A stretch of 64,000 nt of DNA from Chloroflexota bacterium. Lineage in GTDB: Bacteria; Chloroflexota; Dehalococcoidia; Lucifugimonadales; JADFKI01. The stretch is taken from positions 1-64,000 of the forward strand of contig JAQBUT010000008.1 of the NCBI GenBank assembly GCA_027623195.1, read 5' to 3'. The position numbers were made by a program, and so were the translations under genes. Of this stretch, positions 47,672 through 58,143 are shown piece after piece. The notes under the pieces were generated by a model. The model was not told where the DNA came from. It searched no databases and saw nothing but the letters and a program-made list of their open reading frames with translations. Numbering within the stretch: the stretch's first letter is position 1; each line of letters opens with the position of its first letter.

Positions 47672-49156
47672 ATGTACCGAAAGACGGACGAAGACGGAGT
47701 CGATGAGTATCTCTGGAAGCCATTTGATAGGACCGGCAATTCTTCAGATTCCCTAGAGCGTATTGTTAGGGCCAATGGGCAGGAGCAAATGGCCGACGGC
47801 GCCGCCCTTGCTGGCCCCGACGAGACCCAATCCCAAACCGGCCTCGATGCAGACTGGGAGAAGGATCTCGAAACTGTTGAAATTGACGACCCAATCCGCA
47901 TGTACCTGAGGGAGATCGGTAGGGTAAGCCTTCTTAAGAAATCGGATGAGCGAACGCTAGCCAGGCGCATAGAGGCCTGCAAGCACATCCAAAACGTAGA
48001 GAAGGACCTTGCAGAAGCGGAAGTCGAGTCTTCGCGAGCTTGGGTAAATATCGCTTTCATGGTCAAGCGCCTGGGCGATGGCAGCTCTCTTTTGAATGCA
48101 CTTTGCAGGTACCTCGGATTCGAACGTGAGCCTACGCTCTCCGATGCCATGGCTGACCCCGTCCTACGAGAAGCTCTTGATGGTGAACTTCCTGAAGAGC
48201 TTTTGAACTTCGTTTCTGAGATGCTCAACAAGGAACCTGAGGATGTTAAGGCCGAGTTACAACGACTCTCCTTGGACAGCCGCTTGCTTCCCAGGGAGAT
48301 TAACGAGCTTGTTAACCCCGAGACAGATGTTAAGCATCTGAGCATAGTGGCACAGAAAGAAGAATTCATAGAATCACTGAAATCCTATGAGCTTATATTC
48401 AATAGCCATTTGGAAAGGTTAAAGGACGAAGGCGTCCGGGCCGGACGCCATCTGGCGGAGGCCAACCTCCGATTGGTAGTCAGCGTTTGCAAGAAGTACG
48501 TTGGTCGAGGCCTTTCCCTGCTGGACCTTATCCAAGAGGGAAACATCGGCCTTATGCGCGGCGTCGAGAAGTTCGATTACCGCAAGGGCTACAAGTTCAG
48601 CACCTACGCTCACTGGTGGATTCGACAGGCGACCACCAGGGCCATCGCCGACCAGTCCCGGACCATTCGACTACCGGTGCACATGGTTGAGGTCATTAAC
48701 AAGCTACTCCGCGTCAGCCGACAGCTGGTTCAAGAGAATGGCCGAGAGCCTACCAGCGCCGAGATCGGCATTGCGATGGAGGTCTCCGAGGAGAGAGTCA
48801 AAGAAATTCTGAAGCTTACGCAATCGCCATTTTCACTGGAGACGCCTATTGGCGAAGAAGAGTCCAGCCAGCTAGGCGATTTCATCGAGGACAAGGACGC
48901 CCTGGCGCCAGCCGACGCAGCCTCATACCAGCTTCTCCGAGAGCAGGTAGATGACGTGCTCTACACCCTGAGCGACCGCGAGGCTCGAGTACTCCAACTT
49001 AGGTTTGGCCTGCTGGACGGCAGGACACGTACATTGGAAGAGGTTGGCCGGAACTTCGGCGTAACACGAGAGCGAATCCGACAGATCGAGGCTAAGGCTC
49101 TGAGGAAGCTCAGGCACCCCAGCCGTTCCAAGAAGCTTCGAGACTTTTTGGATTAG
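47672..49156 (+). CDS. RpoD/SigA-family sigma70 factor (possibly a paralog)
   Basis: [59 protein letters not shown]. Confidence 0.92.
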   Translation: MYRKTDEDGVDEYLWKPFDRTGNSSDSLERIVRANGQEQMADGAALAGPDETQSQTGLDADWEKDLETVEIDDPIRMYLREIGRVSLLKKSDERTLARRIEACKHIQNVEKDLAEAEVESSRAWVNIAFMVKRLGDGSSLLNALCRYLGFEREPTLSDAMADPVLREALDGELPEELLNFVSEMLNKEPEDVKAELQRLSLDSRLLPREINELVNPETDVKHLSIVAQKEEFIESLKSYELIFNSHLERLKDEGVRAGRHLAEANLRLVVSVCKKYVGRGLSLLDLIQEGNIGLMRGVEKFDYRKGYKFSTYAHWWIRQATTRAIADQSRTIRLPVHMVEVINKLLRVSRQLVQENGREPTSAEIGIAMEVSEERVKEILKLTQSPFSLETPIGEEESSQLGDFIEDKDALAPADAASYQLLREQVDDVLYTLSDREARVLQLRFGLLDGRTRTLEEVGRNFGVTRERIRQIEAKALRKLRHPSRSKKLRDFLD

Positions 49157-49313
49157 TTGGACTGGCGGGGCTTCGAATCCCTATCGCCCACTGGTGGACG
49201 AATAGTCCCTACAGAAACCATATAAAGCATATACGAGGTGCGGACGAGCCATCGACTCAGATGGCCCATCCGCACCTTTTGATTTGTCCGCGATCCGGAA
49301 GCAGCGTTTAAGC

Positions 49314-50069
49314 ATGGATGCATTTAGCCTTATACAGATTCTGGTTGCCGTGCTTGCCACTTTGGCCGGTTCCACCGTGCTCGCTTCTCTGGGCTTCGGT
49401 ATAGGGATGGTGGCAACTCCCATCCTGCTTCTTGTGTTGGACCCCCAGACAGCCGTGGTCGTGTTAAACGCGGTCAGCGTTCCCATAACAGGACTGCTGG
49501 TCTGGCAGACTCGCCGCCACCTCCGATTGAAGGATGCCATCCCTGTGGCCGCGTTGGGATTGGCCGGCGCTCTGATTGGCGCATATGTGCTGTCCGCCTC
49601 GGGCGAACGAGTCCTTCGCCTGAGCATCGTAGTCTTCATTATTCTCCTCACTGCTGCCACTGCCTTTAATCCTGTTGGCCTACAAGGGAAGGTCCCCTAC
49701 CCCAAAGTGGTCGGCGGGGCAATAGGCTTCCTGGTCGGGGTAATGCTGGGGGCGCTGGCTATTGGCGGGCCGCTGCTGGTCCTGTTCGTCCTTAGCCAGG
49801 GCTGGGACCGGCACCGAATTCGCGCCTTTCTGTCGTTATATCTATTCGTGATAATGTCCTCCGCCACGGTTGGGTACATCCCCACGGGGCTGTTCACCCC
49901 AGACCGCATCGTCTTGGCGCTGGTGGCCCTGGGGCCTGTGCTTCTGGGCTTCTGGGTAGGCAGTCGGGTGGCAGGCCGTTTGAACGAGGAGCTTTTCCGG
50001 CGTGTGGCCATTGGCGTTATCGTGGCGTCCAGCCTGTCAGTGTTAGTGCGAGAGCTAACCAGCCTTTAG
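49314..50069 (+). CDS. TauE/SafE-family (sulfite exporter-like) membrane protein
   Basis: GFG.G.VA.P.L and IGGP repeats; about 8 TM segments. Confidence 0.85.
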   Translation: MDAFSLIQILVAVLATLAGSTVLASLGFGIGMVATPILLLVLDPQTAVVVLNAVSVPITGLLVWQTRRHLRLKDAIPVAALGLAGALIGAYVLSASGERVLRLSIVVFIILLTAATAFNPVGLQGKVPYPKVVGGAIGFLVGVMLGALAIGGPLLVLFVLSQGWDRHRIRAFLSLYLFVIMSSATVGYIPTGLFTPDRIVLALVALGPVLLGFWVGSRVAGRLNEELFRRVAIGVIVASSLSVLVRELTSL

Positions 50070-50142
50070 GCTCCTATACGGGGTCGCCTACTTGATGCGG
50101 AGAGAGACGCTGAGATCGGGCCAAAAAACGCAGTTGGCTGGT

Positions 50143-50171
50143 TTGACATGGGTTTAAGGGCCTCCTATACT
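50143..50171 (+). promoter_or_regulatory. Near-consensus sigma70 promoter of the DUF1800 operon
   Basis: TTGACA-17 nt-TATACT. Confidence 0.75.
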
Positions 50172-50288
50172 TGCCTTAAATTGGCTTAGAACTCCCCATG
50201 TCTGACCTCTCCTGATGTGCATTGATTGGATTCGACCCGGGGCTTGATGTCCGCGGGGCGCAGACCGTTCATCTGAAAGGCTCAAAGC

Positions 50289-51695
50289 ATGCCTAATAAA
50301 GAAGACATTGCCCTGATGGCCCACCTGATGAGGCGAGCCGGTTTCGGCGCAACTTACGATGAGTTGGAAATCCTCGCTGAGCGTGGTTACGACGCTACTG
50401 TGGAAGAGTTGCTCCAGCCCGAGGTTCAGGAGCCGGTGGACCGGTACGACCTTCTTCGATACCATCCCTGGTCCTGGAAACCAGGCACCATACAGGGCAC
50501 CGGCCACGCGACATGGCTGTTCGACATGGTGAACACCAGGGCACCGCTGCTGGAGAAGATGACCGTATTCTGGCATGGCATATTTGCTACCGGGGTCTCC
50601 AAGGTCGACCACTGGGACGAGATCGTCGACATGGTTGACATGTTCCGTGATAAGGGCTTGGGCAGCTACAAAGAAATGCTGATCGAGGTGGCCAAAAGCC
50701 CGGCCATGCTGTACTGGCTAGACAACAACGAGAACCACGCCGGCGCTCCTAACGAGAATTGGGGCCGGGAGCTTCTGGAGCTATTCAGCATGGGCGTTGG
50801 CAACTACACCGAAAAGGACGTCTACGAATGCTCCAGGGCCTTCACGGGCTGGACGATTACCCCGAAACTGCCGCGCTTTCCCATGGGGCGGTTCGACTGG
50901 TCTTTCGAATACCGCGAAGAGGACCACGATGGAGATGAGAAGTCATTCCTTGGAAACAGGGGAAACTTCAACGGTGAGGACATAATCGATATCATATGCC
51001 GCCAGCCGGCCACGGCCCGATTCATGGCCCGCCACCTGTACAACTTCTTTGTGGCCGACGAGGCGCAGGTGCCTGCCTGGCAAACGGTACCGCCCCGGGA
51101 CCCTGAAGCGATACAGGTCTTGGTGGACGCCTTCGTGGCGAACGACTATGACATGCGAGAGGTTCTCCGGGTGCTGTTCAACTCCGATTTCTTCAAAGAG
51201 GCCCGTTTCTCCCGAATCAAGAGTCCGGTTGAGGTTGTGGTGAATACCCTGAGGTTCGTCGGAGGTCACGAATTCCCTGCGCCCGGCATAGGAAACCTGG
51301 GACGGCAGACGGGTTACATGGGGCAGGAGGTCCTCAACCCGCCGAGCGTGGAGGGGTGGCATACGGGCCGCGAATGGATAAACAGCGGCTCGCTGATGCG
51401 CCGAATTAATTTCGTTGCCGATCTTGTGGGCGACGTTAACTTGCCAGGAGTGCAGGCCATACTAGGTCGATTGCGAGGCGCAGGGGAGATGCCGCCCGAT
51501 GGGTTCGTGGACATGTGCCTGGAGCAGATGGGCCCGCTGGACCTGGACACGCAGACTCGTCAGGAATTGATAGACCACGCCGCACCGGATGGCAACCTGT
51601 CCTGGGATACACCAACGCAGGCTGATCTCTCGACTCAGAGGGTAAGTGAGATGCTACAACTGATCGTATCTTTGAGAGATTTCCAGTACGCATAG
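50289..51695 (+). CDS. DUF1800-domain protein
   Basis: HLMRRAGFG, EKMTVFWH..FAT, PAML.WLD, PNENWGRELLELFSMG, PPSVEGW. Confidence 0.9.
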   Translation: MPNKEDIALMAHLMRRAGFGATYDELEILAERGYDATVEELLQPEVQEPVDRYDLLRYHPWSWKPGTIQGTGHATWLFDMVNTRAPLLEKMTVFWHGIFATGVSKVDHWDEIVDMVDMFRDKGLGSYKEMLIEVAKSPAMLYWLDNNENHAGAPNENWGRELLELFSMGVGNYTEKDVYECSRAFTGWTITPKLPRFPMGRFDWSFEYREEDHDGDEKSFLGNRGNFNGEDIIDIICRQPATARFMARHLYNFFVADEAQVPAWQTVPPRDPEAIQVLVDAFVANDYDMREVLRVLFNSDFFKEARFSRIKSPVEVVVNTLRFVGGHEFPAPGIGNLGRQTGYMGQEVLNPPSVEGWHTGREWINSGSLMRRINFVADLVGDVNLPGVQAILGRLRGAGEMPPDGFVDMCLEQMGPLDLDTQTRQELIDHAAPDGNLSWDTPTQADLSTQRVSEMLQLIVSLRDFQYA

Positions 51696-51778
51696 CTGGG
51701 TGACAGGGATAAACAAAGGGCGAATGATGGCTTCGCTGAAAAGCCTGGCCAACCCGCGTATGGCCCAGAAAGACGGAG

Positions 51779-52921
51779 ATGAACATGACCACCGTGGATA
51801 AGAAAGACCCTGTACTGGTCGTTGTGCAGTTATCCGGAGGTAACGATTACCTCAATACAGTCATCCCCTATGGCAACGACCTATACTACGATTACAGGCC
51901 GTCCGTGGGCATACCCCAGGACAAGGTGTTGCACATAGATAATGAGATGGGGTTGCACCCTAATCTCGCGCCTATTAGGGGCATGTATCAGGGGGGAAAC
52001 GTGGCAATCATCCACGGCGTTGGATACGAGAACTCGCCTCGTTCCCACTTCCGCTCCATGGATATCTGGCATACGTGTGAGCCGGATGACGTGGGCACGG
52101 AAGGCTGGCTGGGCCGTGTGATTCGCGAGCTGGATCCCCACAAGGAAAACGTCGTAACCGGCGTGAGCTTTGGGCCGAGCATGTTTAGGGCAATGGCCGT
52201 TCCCGGTGTTCCCATTGCCGTAGTGGAGAACCTGGAGGACTACGGTCTGCTGCCGGGCATCAGCATGGCGGACCAGCGGCAGAGGATACTTGATAGGTTC
52301 TCCCGTCTGTATGGCCCGGCCATCGGTCGAGGCCCCGTAATGGAATTCCTGGGCCAGACGGGACTGGACGCGTTGAGGGGCGCTGACATTCTTAAGATTG
52401 CGCCGAAAAACTACTCATCGACGGTTGAGTACGCCGACACCACGTTGGCCAAGAAGCTGAAGGGCATCGCTCAGGTGCACCTGGCCGGTCTGGGAACCCG
52501 CGTCTTCTACTGTGACCATGGCAGCTACGATTCGCACGCGGGACAGCCCAGCATGCTGTCCGTACTGTTTGATGACCTGTCAGCCTCCATCCGGGACTTC
52601 TTCGACGACCTGCGAGAGCACGACGCTGCTGATAACGTAATCATGCTGCTGTTCTCAGAGTTCGGTCGTCGAACCCATGACAATGGGTCTGGCACAGACC
52701 ATGGCGCGGCGGGAGTTGCTTTCCTGATAGGCGACCGGATTAAGGGCGGCCAGTACAGCGTCATGCCGTCACTCAAGTCGCAAGACTTACAACAGGGCGA
52801 CCCGGTGCCCAATCTGGACTTCCGAAGCCTGTACACCACCATTCTGGAAAACTGGATGTTGATTGACGCCAATCCCATTGTTGGCAGGGCCTTCGAGAAG
52901 CTGGACCTGGTAGGGGCTTGA
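51779..52921 (+). CDS. DUF1501-domain protein
   Basis: LVVVQLSGGND.LNTVIP, RSHFRSMDIW, GWLGR, SEFGRR..NGSGTDHG, DFRSLY. Confidence 0.9.
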   Translation: MNMTTVDKKDPVLVVVQLSGGNDYLNTVIPYGNDLYYDYRPSVGIPQDKVLHIDNEMGLHPNLAPIRGMYQGGNVAIIHGVGYENSPRSHFRSMDIWHTCEPDDVGTEGWLGRVIRELDPHKENVVTGVSFGPSMFRAMAVPGVPIAVVENLEDYGLLPGISMADQRQRILDRFSRLYGPAIGRGPVMEFLGQTGLDALRGADILKIAPKNYSSTVEYADTTLAKKLKGIAQVHLAGLGTRVFYCDHGSYDSHAGQPSMLSVLFDDLSASIRDFFDDLREHDAADNVIMLLFSEFGRRTHDNGSGTDHGAAGVAFLIGDRIKGGQYSVMPSLKSQDLQQGDPVPNLDFRSLYTTILENWMLIDANPIVGRAFEKLDLVGA

Positions 52922-52963
52922 ATCCTCGAAGCGCTGCCAAGTTATTAAATTGCAGGTGAAAAA

Positions 52964-53998
52964 ATGCTCACGACCGTAGTCGCAGGACGGACTTTTGATT
53001 ATAGTCACGCCGTTGGCGGGCTTTATATGCCTATGCCGGTGGCGGTGGCATGCGGGTCAGGTGATAAGGTCTACGTCGTCAGCCGGCAGTATGAGCAGAT
53101 TCTGGATGTGCCTTGGAACCAGACTGCCACCTTCGCCCAGGTTAACGTGTTCAACATCACCACCACTCCAGGCGAAGAGGAGCACCTCGTCAAAATAAGC
53201 CGGTACGGCGACGCTGAAGGTCAGCTTATTTGGCCGGCAGGAATCGCGCTAGACTCGGACGACAATGTTTTCGTGACCGACGAGTGGATGAACCGCGTCT
53301 CGGTATTCACCAGTGCCGGGGAGTTCGTGAAGTGCTGGGGAACCCCCGGCGCTGGACACGGGGAATTCAATCGCCCCTCTGGCATCGCCATGGATTCCGA
53401 CGGCACCCTGCTGGTATCCGATAGCCTCAACCACAGAGTGCAACGTCTGACCGTCGACGGGGAATTCATATCTGCCTTTGGCGGATACGGAAGTGGCGAA
53501 GGAAAGTTAGACTCGCCCTGGGGCGTAACCACCGACAAAGACGGGTTCGTCTATGTTGCAGACCACAAGAATCACCGCGCGCAGAAGTTTACGACAGATG
53601 GCGAGTTCGTCATGTCCTTCGGCAGCTTCGGTGATGGCAAAGGCCAGCTAACCCGTCCCAGCGACGTGGTCGTGGATAACGACGGCGACGTCTACGTATG
53701 TGATTGGGCTAACGACCGCGTAGAGGTCTTTACTCCCCAGGGCCGGTTCCTCACCAGCCTAAGGGGAGATGCCCAGGACCTGGCCAAGTGGCATCGGGAA
53801 CAGGTGGAGGCCAACGCCGACGTAGAGAAGGCCCGCCGACGCGTGTACACGCTGGAGCCCGAATGGCGGTTCGCTATGCCCACTGGACTAGCCTTTGACG
53901 AGTCGAAGTCTCGTATAATAATTACGGATACGCAGCGGGGCCGCGTCCAGATTTACAACAAGCTTCATGACTATATGGAGCCACAGTTCAATCTTTAG
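52964..53998 (+). CDS. NHL-repeat beta-propeller protein
   Basis: Repeated G.G.G.(L/F)..P.G(I/V)..D.DG.(V/L).V.D..N.RVQ.F units. Confidence 0.9.
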   Translation: MLTTVVAGRTFDYSHAVGGLYMPMPVAVACGSGDKVYVVSRQYEQILDVPWNQTATFAQVNVFNITTTPGEEEHLVKISRYGDAEGQLIWPAGIALDSDDNVFVTDEWMNRVSVFTSAGEFVKCWGTPGAGHGEFNRPSGIAMDSDGTLLVSDSLNHRVQRLTVDGEFISAFGGYGSGEGKLDSPWGVTTDKDGFVYVADHKNHRAQKFTTDGEFVMSFGSFGDGKGQLTRPSDVVVDNDGDVYVCDWANDRVEVFTPQGRFLTSLRGDAQDLAKWHREQVEANADVEKARRRVYTLEPEWRFAMPTGLAFDESKSRIIITDTQRGRVQIYNKLHDYMEPQFNL

Positions 53999-54013
53999 GC
54001 CGGATGGAAGGCA

Positions 54014-54946
54014 ATGATCTGTCTGAATTGTCAGTATAATAACCTCGAGTCCGCCGTGTTCTGTCAGAGCTGCGGAAACAAATTACCGGATCACGAAGGC
54101 ATATCTGCCCGTGCTACGCCTCAGGCTCAGCCATTCAGGGCCTCCGCTGTGAGTGTCGAGGGGAATGTGGTTCAACTGGCCCGCAGGGCCCTTGGTGACC
54201 TCATTGGGCAAACCATTTCAATCTATAAACTTCACTTCTTGGTATTCTTCGCACTGGCAGTGATTCCGCAGATACCGGTCGTTATTCTTACTATGCTGGT
54301 GCCGGAGTTAGGCTCAGGATTCACAGCGGATAATGAAGGCGAGACGTTCGACTTTCCACAGCTTGGAGAGCTGGCGGGCACTGTGTTTGTGCTGGTCGTG
54401 GCCACGATCGTTTTATCTTTGCTGTCCATAGGCGGAATAATTTACGCCACCGGACAACACTATCTGGGCAGGAACGTGGAATTTCTCGCCGTATTAGGAG
54501 CCGCAGCCAGTAAATTCGTAGCGCTGCTTCTTGTCGCAATACTTCTTGTGCTGATATTCCTCATCCCGGCGGCGCTTACGTTGATATTAATTGGCTTGCC
54601 TGTACTGATCTTCGCGATGGTTCGTCTATATTTTGCGTTCGATGCCCTGGTGCTGGAGGACCTTAGGCCCGTGGACTCAATCAGAAGGAGCTGGCGTCTG
54701 GTTGAAGGTCACTGGTGGAGAACATTCGGAATCGGCATAATCTTCTTCCTGATGGTCTTCGGGGCGACCTTCGTGGGCTCGCTACTGTTGTTACCTCTAG
54801 ATTCCTTGGGCGGCACAGCTCTGAGCAGCATTGTTTCTGGCCTGATTAGCGCCATCGTGGCGCCTTTCATGCACATAGGAGCCACCCTGGTTTACCTGGA
54901 CCTTCGAGTGCGCCAAGAGGGTGGTAGCGTAAAAATCGTCGGCTGA
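54014..54946 (+). CDS. Zinc-ribbon plus multi-pass membrane protein (GDPD membrane-domain-like)
   Basis: N-terminal CxxC...FCxxCG; hydrophobic helices; RSWRLV.G.WWR; LVY.DLRVR.EG. Confidence 0.78.
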   Translation: MICLNCQYNNLESAVFCQSCGNKLPDHEGISARATPQAQPFRASAVSVEGNVVQLARRALGDLIGQTISIYKLHFLVFFALAVIPQIPVVILTMLVPELGSGFTADNEGETFDFPQLGELAGTVFVLVVATIVLSLLSIGGIIYATGQHYLGRNVEFLAVLGAAASKFVALLLVAILLVLIFLIPAALTLILIGLPVLIFAMVRLYFAFDALVLEDLRPVDSIRRSWRLVEGHWWRTFGIGIIFFLMVFGATFVGSLLLLPLDSLGGTALSSIVSGLISAIVAPFMHIGATLVYLDLRVRQEGGSVKIVG

Positions 54947-55063
54947 GGTTTCGTTCCCTGGTGGCAGGCCTTAGACGAAGCCAGCCTCCGCCTCATAGTC
55001 AGGAAGACGCGGCGTGGCCAAATTCAGATCTTCACACAGCCAGTGCTACTAAATAGTTGAGGG

Positions 55064-55939
55064 CTAGGCCTCGACCACTCGTACCTCTTCGCCCACCTCT
55101 ATACTCATGAGATCGTGGCCTATGACGAATGGCCCGTCATACGTCTCCGCAGTGCCGATGTTGATTTCGTTTATGGTGGCGTCTCCAAACGGACCTACGA
55201 TGTGCGAGTAGACCGCGAGCTTTGGTCGGACTCTGCTAAATACCTCTCCCGCCTGTTGCGGAGTGGTGTGGTGTGCGACGATCTGATCGACGATAAAGTC
55301 CGTTGTCCGCCCGCTCCTTGCGGCACGGCGGGCCTCCGGCGCAACGACCTCGTGGATGAGCAGGTCCGCGCCCTGAGCATGAGTTACCAGATTTTCCGAC
55401 TGTCGGGCGTCGCCGGAAAGGACTACCGACCTTCCCTCGTACTCGACTCGAAACCCGAAGGAGGGTACCTCCGGAATGTGCTCCACATCGAAGGTACTCA
55501 ATCTGAAACCACTTTCTTCGAAGACGAAGCTCGACTGAATGTCCTGGGCGACGAACTCGATACCGGCCGCCGGAAGTCTCGTGTCCATGTCCCGGCGCAT
55601 CATGATGTCCGGCTGGAAGGCCTGCGCCAGGTGCTCCATCATGTTGACTGTTCCCTGAGGGCCCCATACTCTCAACGGGGTGTCCCGGCCCGCAACCCAT
55701 GCAGACAACCAGAGGTCCGGCAAGCCCACCAGGTGGTCAGAATGCAAGTGCGTTAGGAATAGCTTGTCCACCGTCCCAAGCGGCAAGGCCAACTGCCGCA
55801 GGCGTTGTAGCGCGCCGCGACCGCAGTCAATTAGAAGCTTGGTGCCGCCGGCCTCAATTAGAGTACTCATGCCGAACCGCTCAATGCCCGGAACGGGTGA
55901 GCCTGTGCCAAGTAGGGTTACTGTCATACCGGTCGCCAT
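55064..55939 (-). CDS. MBL-fold metallo-hydrolase (RNase Z/AtsA-like)
   Basis: LLGTGSP, DCGRG, THLHSDH, SGD, LLIHE, HTT. Confidence 0.88.
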   Translation of the reverse strand: MATGMTVTLLGTGSPVPGIERFGMSTLIEAGGTKLLIDCGRGALQRLRQLALPLGTVDKLFLTHLHSDHLVGLPDLWLSAWVAGRDTPLRVWGPQGTVNMMEHLAQAFQPDIMMRRDMDTRLPAAGIEFVAQDIQSSFVFEESGFRLSTFDVEHIPEVPSFGFRVEYEGRSVVLSGDARQSENLVTHAQGADLLIHEVVAPEARRAARSGRTTDFIVDQIVAHHTTPQQAGEVFSRVRPKLAVYSHIVGPFGDATINEINIGTAETYDGPFVIGHDLMSIEVGEEVRVVEA

Positions 55940-56021
55940 TTACCTATCTCCTGTGCATTTGGTTGGGCATAGTTTGCCGTAGGGAGTGGGGATTCTGGTG
56001 ATTTCATTCTCCCACGGCAGT

Positions 56022-56062
56022 AAAAAGGCAGGCCAGGCTCGCAATCCGAGCCTGGCCTGCCT
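56022..56062 (-). terminator. Intrinsic terminator after the substrate-binding protein gene
   Basis: 16-bp stem AGGCAGGCCAGGCTCG / CGAGCCTGGCCTGCCT with an A-run on the + strand (U tract on -). Confidence 0.85.
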
Positions 56063-56108
56063 ATGTTGTGAATCTACAGATTTTCTAGGCTAACTCTAAG
56101 TGGGTGGG

Positions 56109-57473
56109 TTAGCTCTCGTTCGCGAGTGCGGCGTTAACGGCATTCGCGGCCTGGGGTGTTATCCAGCTCTCCCAAACATCATTGTTATTCAGGAACCAGA
56201 CAGCGGCTTCGGATGCCTCGCTGCCGGGGTTGGCGTCCATCCACTGGAAGATGCCTTTGTACAGGTCTATGGTGAATTCCCAGTTCTGAAGCATCGCGAT
56301 AACATCGGGTGCGCGAGGCAGCAGACTCTGGTTGACTGCCACCAGCACCAGCGATTCAGAGAATGCGCGGCCCTTGTCTGTGTCCCAGCATTCCGTGCTA
56401 AATGGGGGCTCTTCCAGCCGGACCAGGTCCAGCTTCAAGGCGGGGTCGCCGGTGCCCCACATGTAGCCCAGCCACGGCTCTTCCTTATCGTAAGCAGTGT
56501 AAAGGTCGGCGAACATGGCCTCTTGAGAGCCTGGATTGATCACGTGAAGAGAGTCGATGAGGCCGTACGTCTCTATTTGCGCTGTGTTTACGCCCTCACA
56601 TGACCAGCCAATGACACACGACACGTGACGTGCCTTGCCTCGACTATCGTCCGTAGAGAAAAGTTCCTGGTACTCTGCTTTCGCCAGGTCCTGGGGCGTC
56701 TTGAGGTCCGGGTACTCGTCCGCGAGGTACTGGGGTATGACGAACGTGCTTTGCCAGTCGCCAACCAGGCTTGTGCCTACTGAGACGACCTCACCCAGCT
56801 CTACTGCTTTTTCCTAGCCGATGGACTGGTTGGGTAGCCATATCTCCAGGGCAACATCGATGTCACCCTTCTGCAGTCCCTGGAAGTTGGGCAGTGTGCC
56901 TCCGAAGATGGTGTCTGTGGGGTATCCGTATCCATTCTCGATAATATACTGCGCGATGCGGTTCTGCACCTGCGCGCTGGTCCAGTTAAGGTCGGAGAAG
57001 ACGATCGTATCCTTGGCAGGCTATCCTGCAGCTAAGGCCTCGTCGAGAATTTCCTGGATCTCCATAGCCGTAAGGGAGTTTGAAGCCGCATCCATGACTG
57101 CGGATGATACGGCAGCCTCCACGTCTTGGATCGTAACGGCGTTAGCCTGGGCCTCCATGACCGCACGGTCGATTGCCGTCTGAACGTCCGCGGCTGTGAC
57201 GGCGCCGGACGTGGCGGAGTCCACTGCGGCCCGGATATCTGCGGCGGTAACGCCACCAGACGCGGCCGAATCTATCATCGCCTGAATCTCTGCGGCTGTT
57301 ATCTGGGGTTGCGCGGCGGGCTGCGACTGGGCTACGGCATCCGCCACAATCTTGCTAAGCTGGGCCTCGTCAATGGCTGGCGCAGCTGATGAGCAGGCCA
57401 CCGCTGCCAGGGCAAATATGGCTAGCAGCACACCTACTATTGTGAACCTCTTGGTCGAAATGCGACCTAACAT
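56109..57473 (-). pseudogene. Glycine betaine/proline-type ABC substrate-binding lipoprotein (ProX/OpuAC-like) with two in-frame TAG codons
   Basis: One frame from ATG 57473 (GGAGGAG RBS, lipobox VAC) to TAA 56109, TAG at 57021-57023 and 56814-56816; IVFSDLNWTSA..QN, GDIDVALEIW, C..GWSC, AAVWFL....W.SW. Confidence 0.85.
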
Positions 57474-57622
57474 ATGTTCTCCTCCCAATTAATAATTTTC
57501 GTTGTCTAGTGAGTTAGCTTTTACGTATTTGCTCTCGCTCGACCCCCTCTACGACAGTTGCCCTCGCATAATCACGCCTCAATGCTTCCAACGGATTCAA
57601 AGGCACTGCAAGCATAAATGTG

Positions 57623-58143
57623 CTATTCCCCTGTCAGCGCGCGTTGGCGCTCGCGGGCTACCGACTGGGTGACGCGGTCAATTATGATTGCTATCGCGAC
57701 GATAGCCAGGCCCGCGATTAAGCTATTGCCGGCCTCCCCCCTACCCATCGCACGCAGCACGGCCTCGCCCAGGCCACCCGCGCCCACCAGGGAGGCGACC
57801 ACTACCATGGCCAGCGCCATCATGATCGTCTGGTTTATGCCCGCCATGATGGTTGGCAAGGCCATTGGCACCTGCACTTTTGTTAGCATTTGGATTGGCG
57901 TTGTCCCGAAGGAGCGGGCCGCTTCCACGGCCTCGGGTGAGACTTGTCTTATGCCCAGATTGGTGAGCCGAATCACTGGAGCAACCGCGTAGATAACCGT
58001 GGCCATCACGGCCGGCACGTTACCCAGGCGCTGCTTCGGAACCCTCAACAGACGGTTGGCCTTGGCCTCCTCATCCGCGAACGCCGTATTCAGCATCTCG
58101 GTGTCTATAGGTCCGGGATGCACCGAATTGCAGCGTATGTCGT
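57623..58143 (-). pseudogene. Chimeric remnant: SDR C-terminal fragment fused in frame to the 3' part of a ProW-like betaine ABC permease
   Basis: [15 protein letters not shown]...VPKQRLG (SDR) joined to [30 protein letters not shown]...[17 protein letters not shown] (ProW). Confidence 0.8.

Noticed and set aside
49163..49191. TTCGAATCCCTATCGCCCAC resembling a tRNA 3' end or att scar
   Set aside because: T-stem lacks the G before TTC, no match to the tRNAs in this window, and it is explained as a hairpin after the sigma gene.
50080..50140. GGGGT...GCTGAGA resembling a TPP riboswitch start
   Set aside because: The downstream conserved ACCTGA/TAAT elements are absent and it lies upstream of the promoter.
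52919..54946. Other TGA-terminated genes (DUF1501, zinc-ribbon membrane protein; also the methyltransferase) as further selenoproteins
   Set aside because: The TGA falls at the natural C-terminus with no Cys-motif context.
56814..57023. Pyrrolysine or amber recoding of the two TAG codons
   Set aside because: TAG is a normal stop for many genes here, no pyl or methylamine methyltransferase genes are present, and the locus shows other damage.
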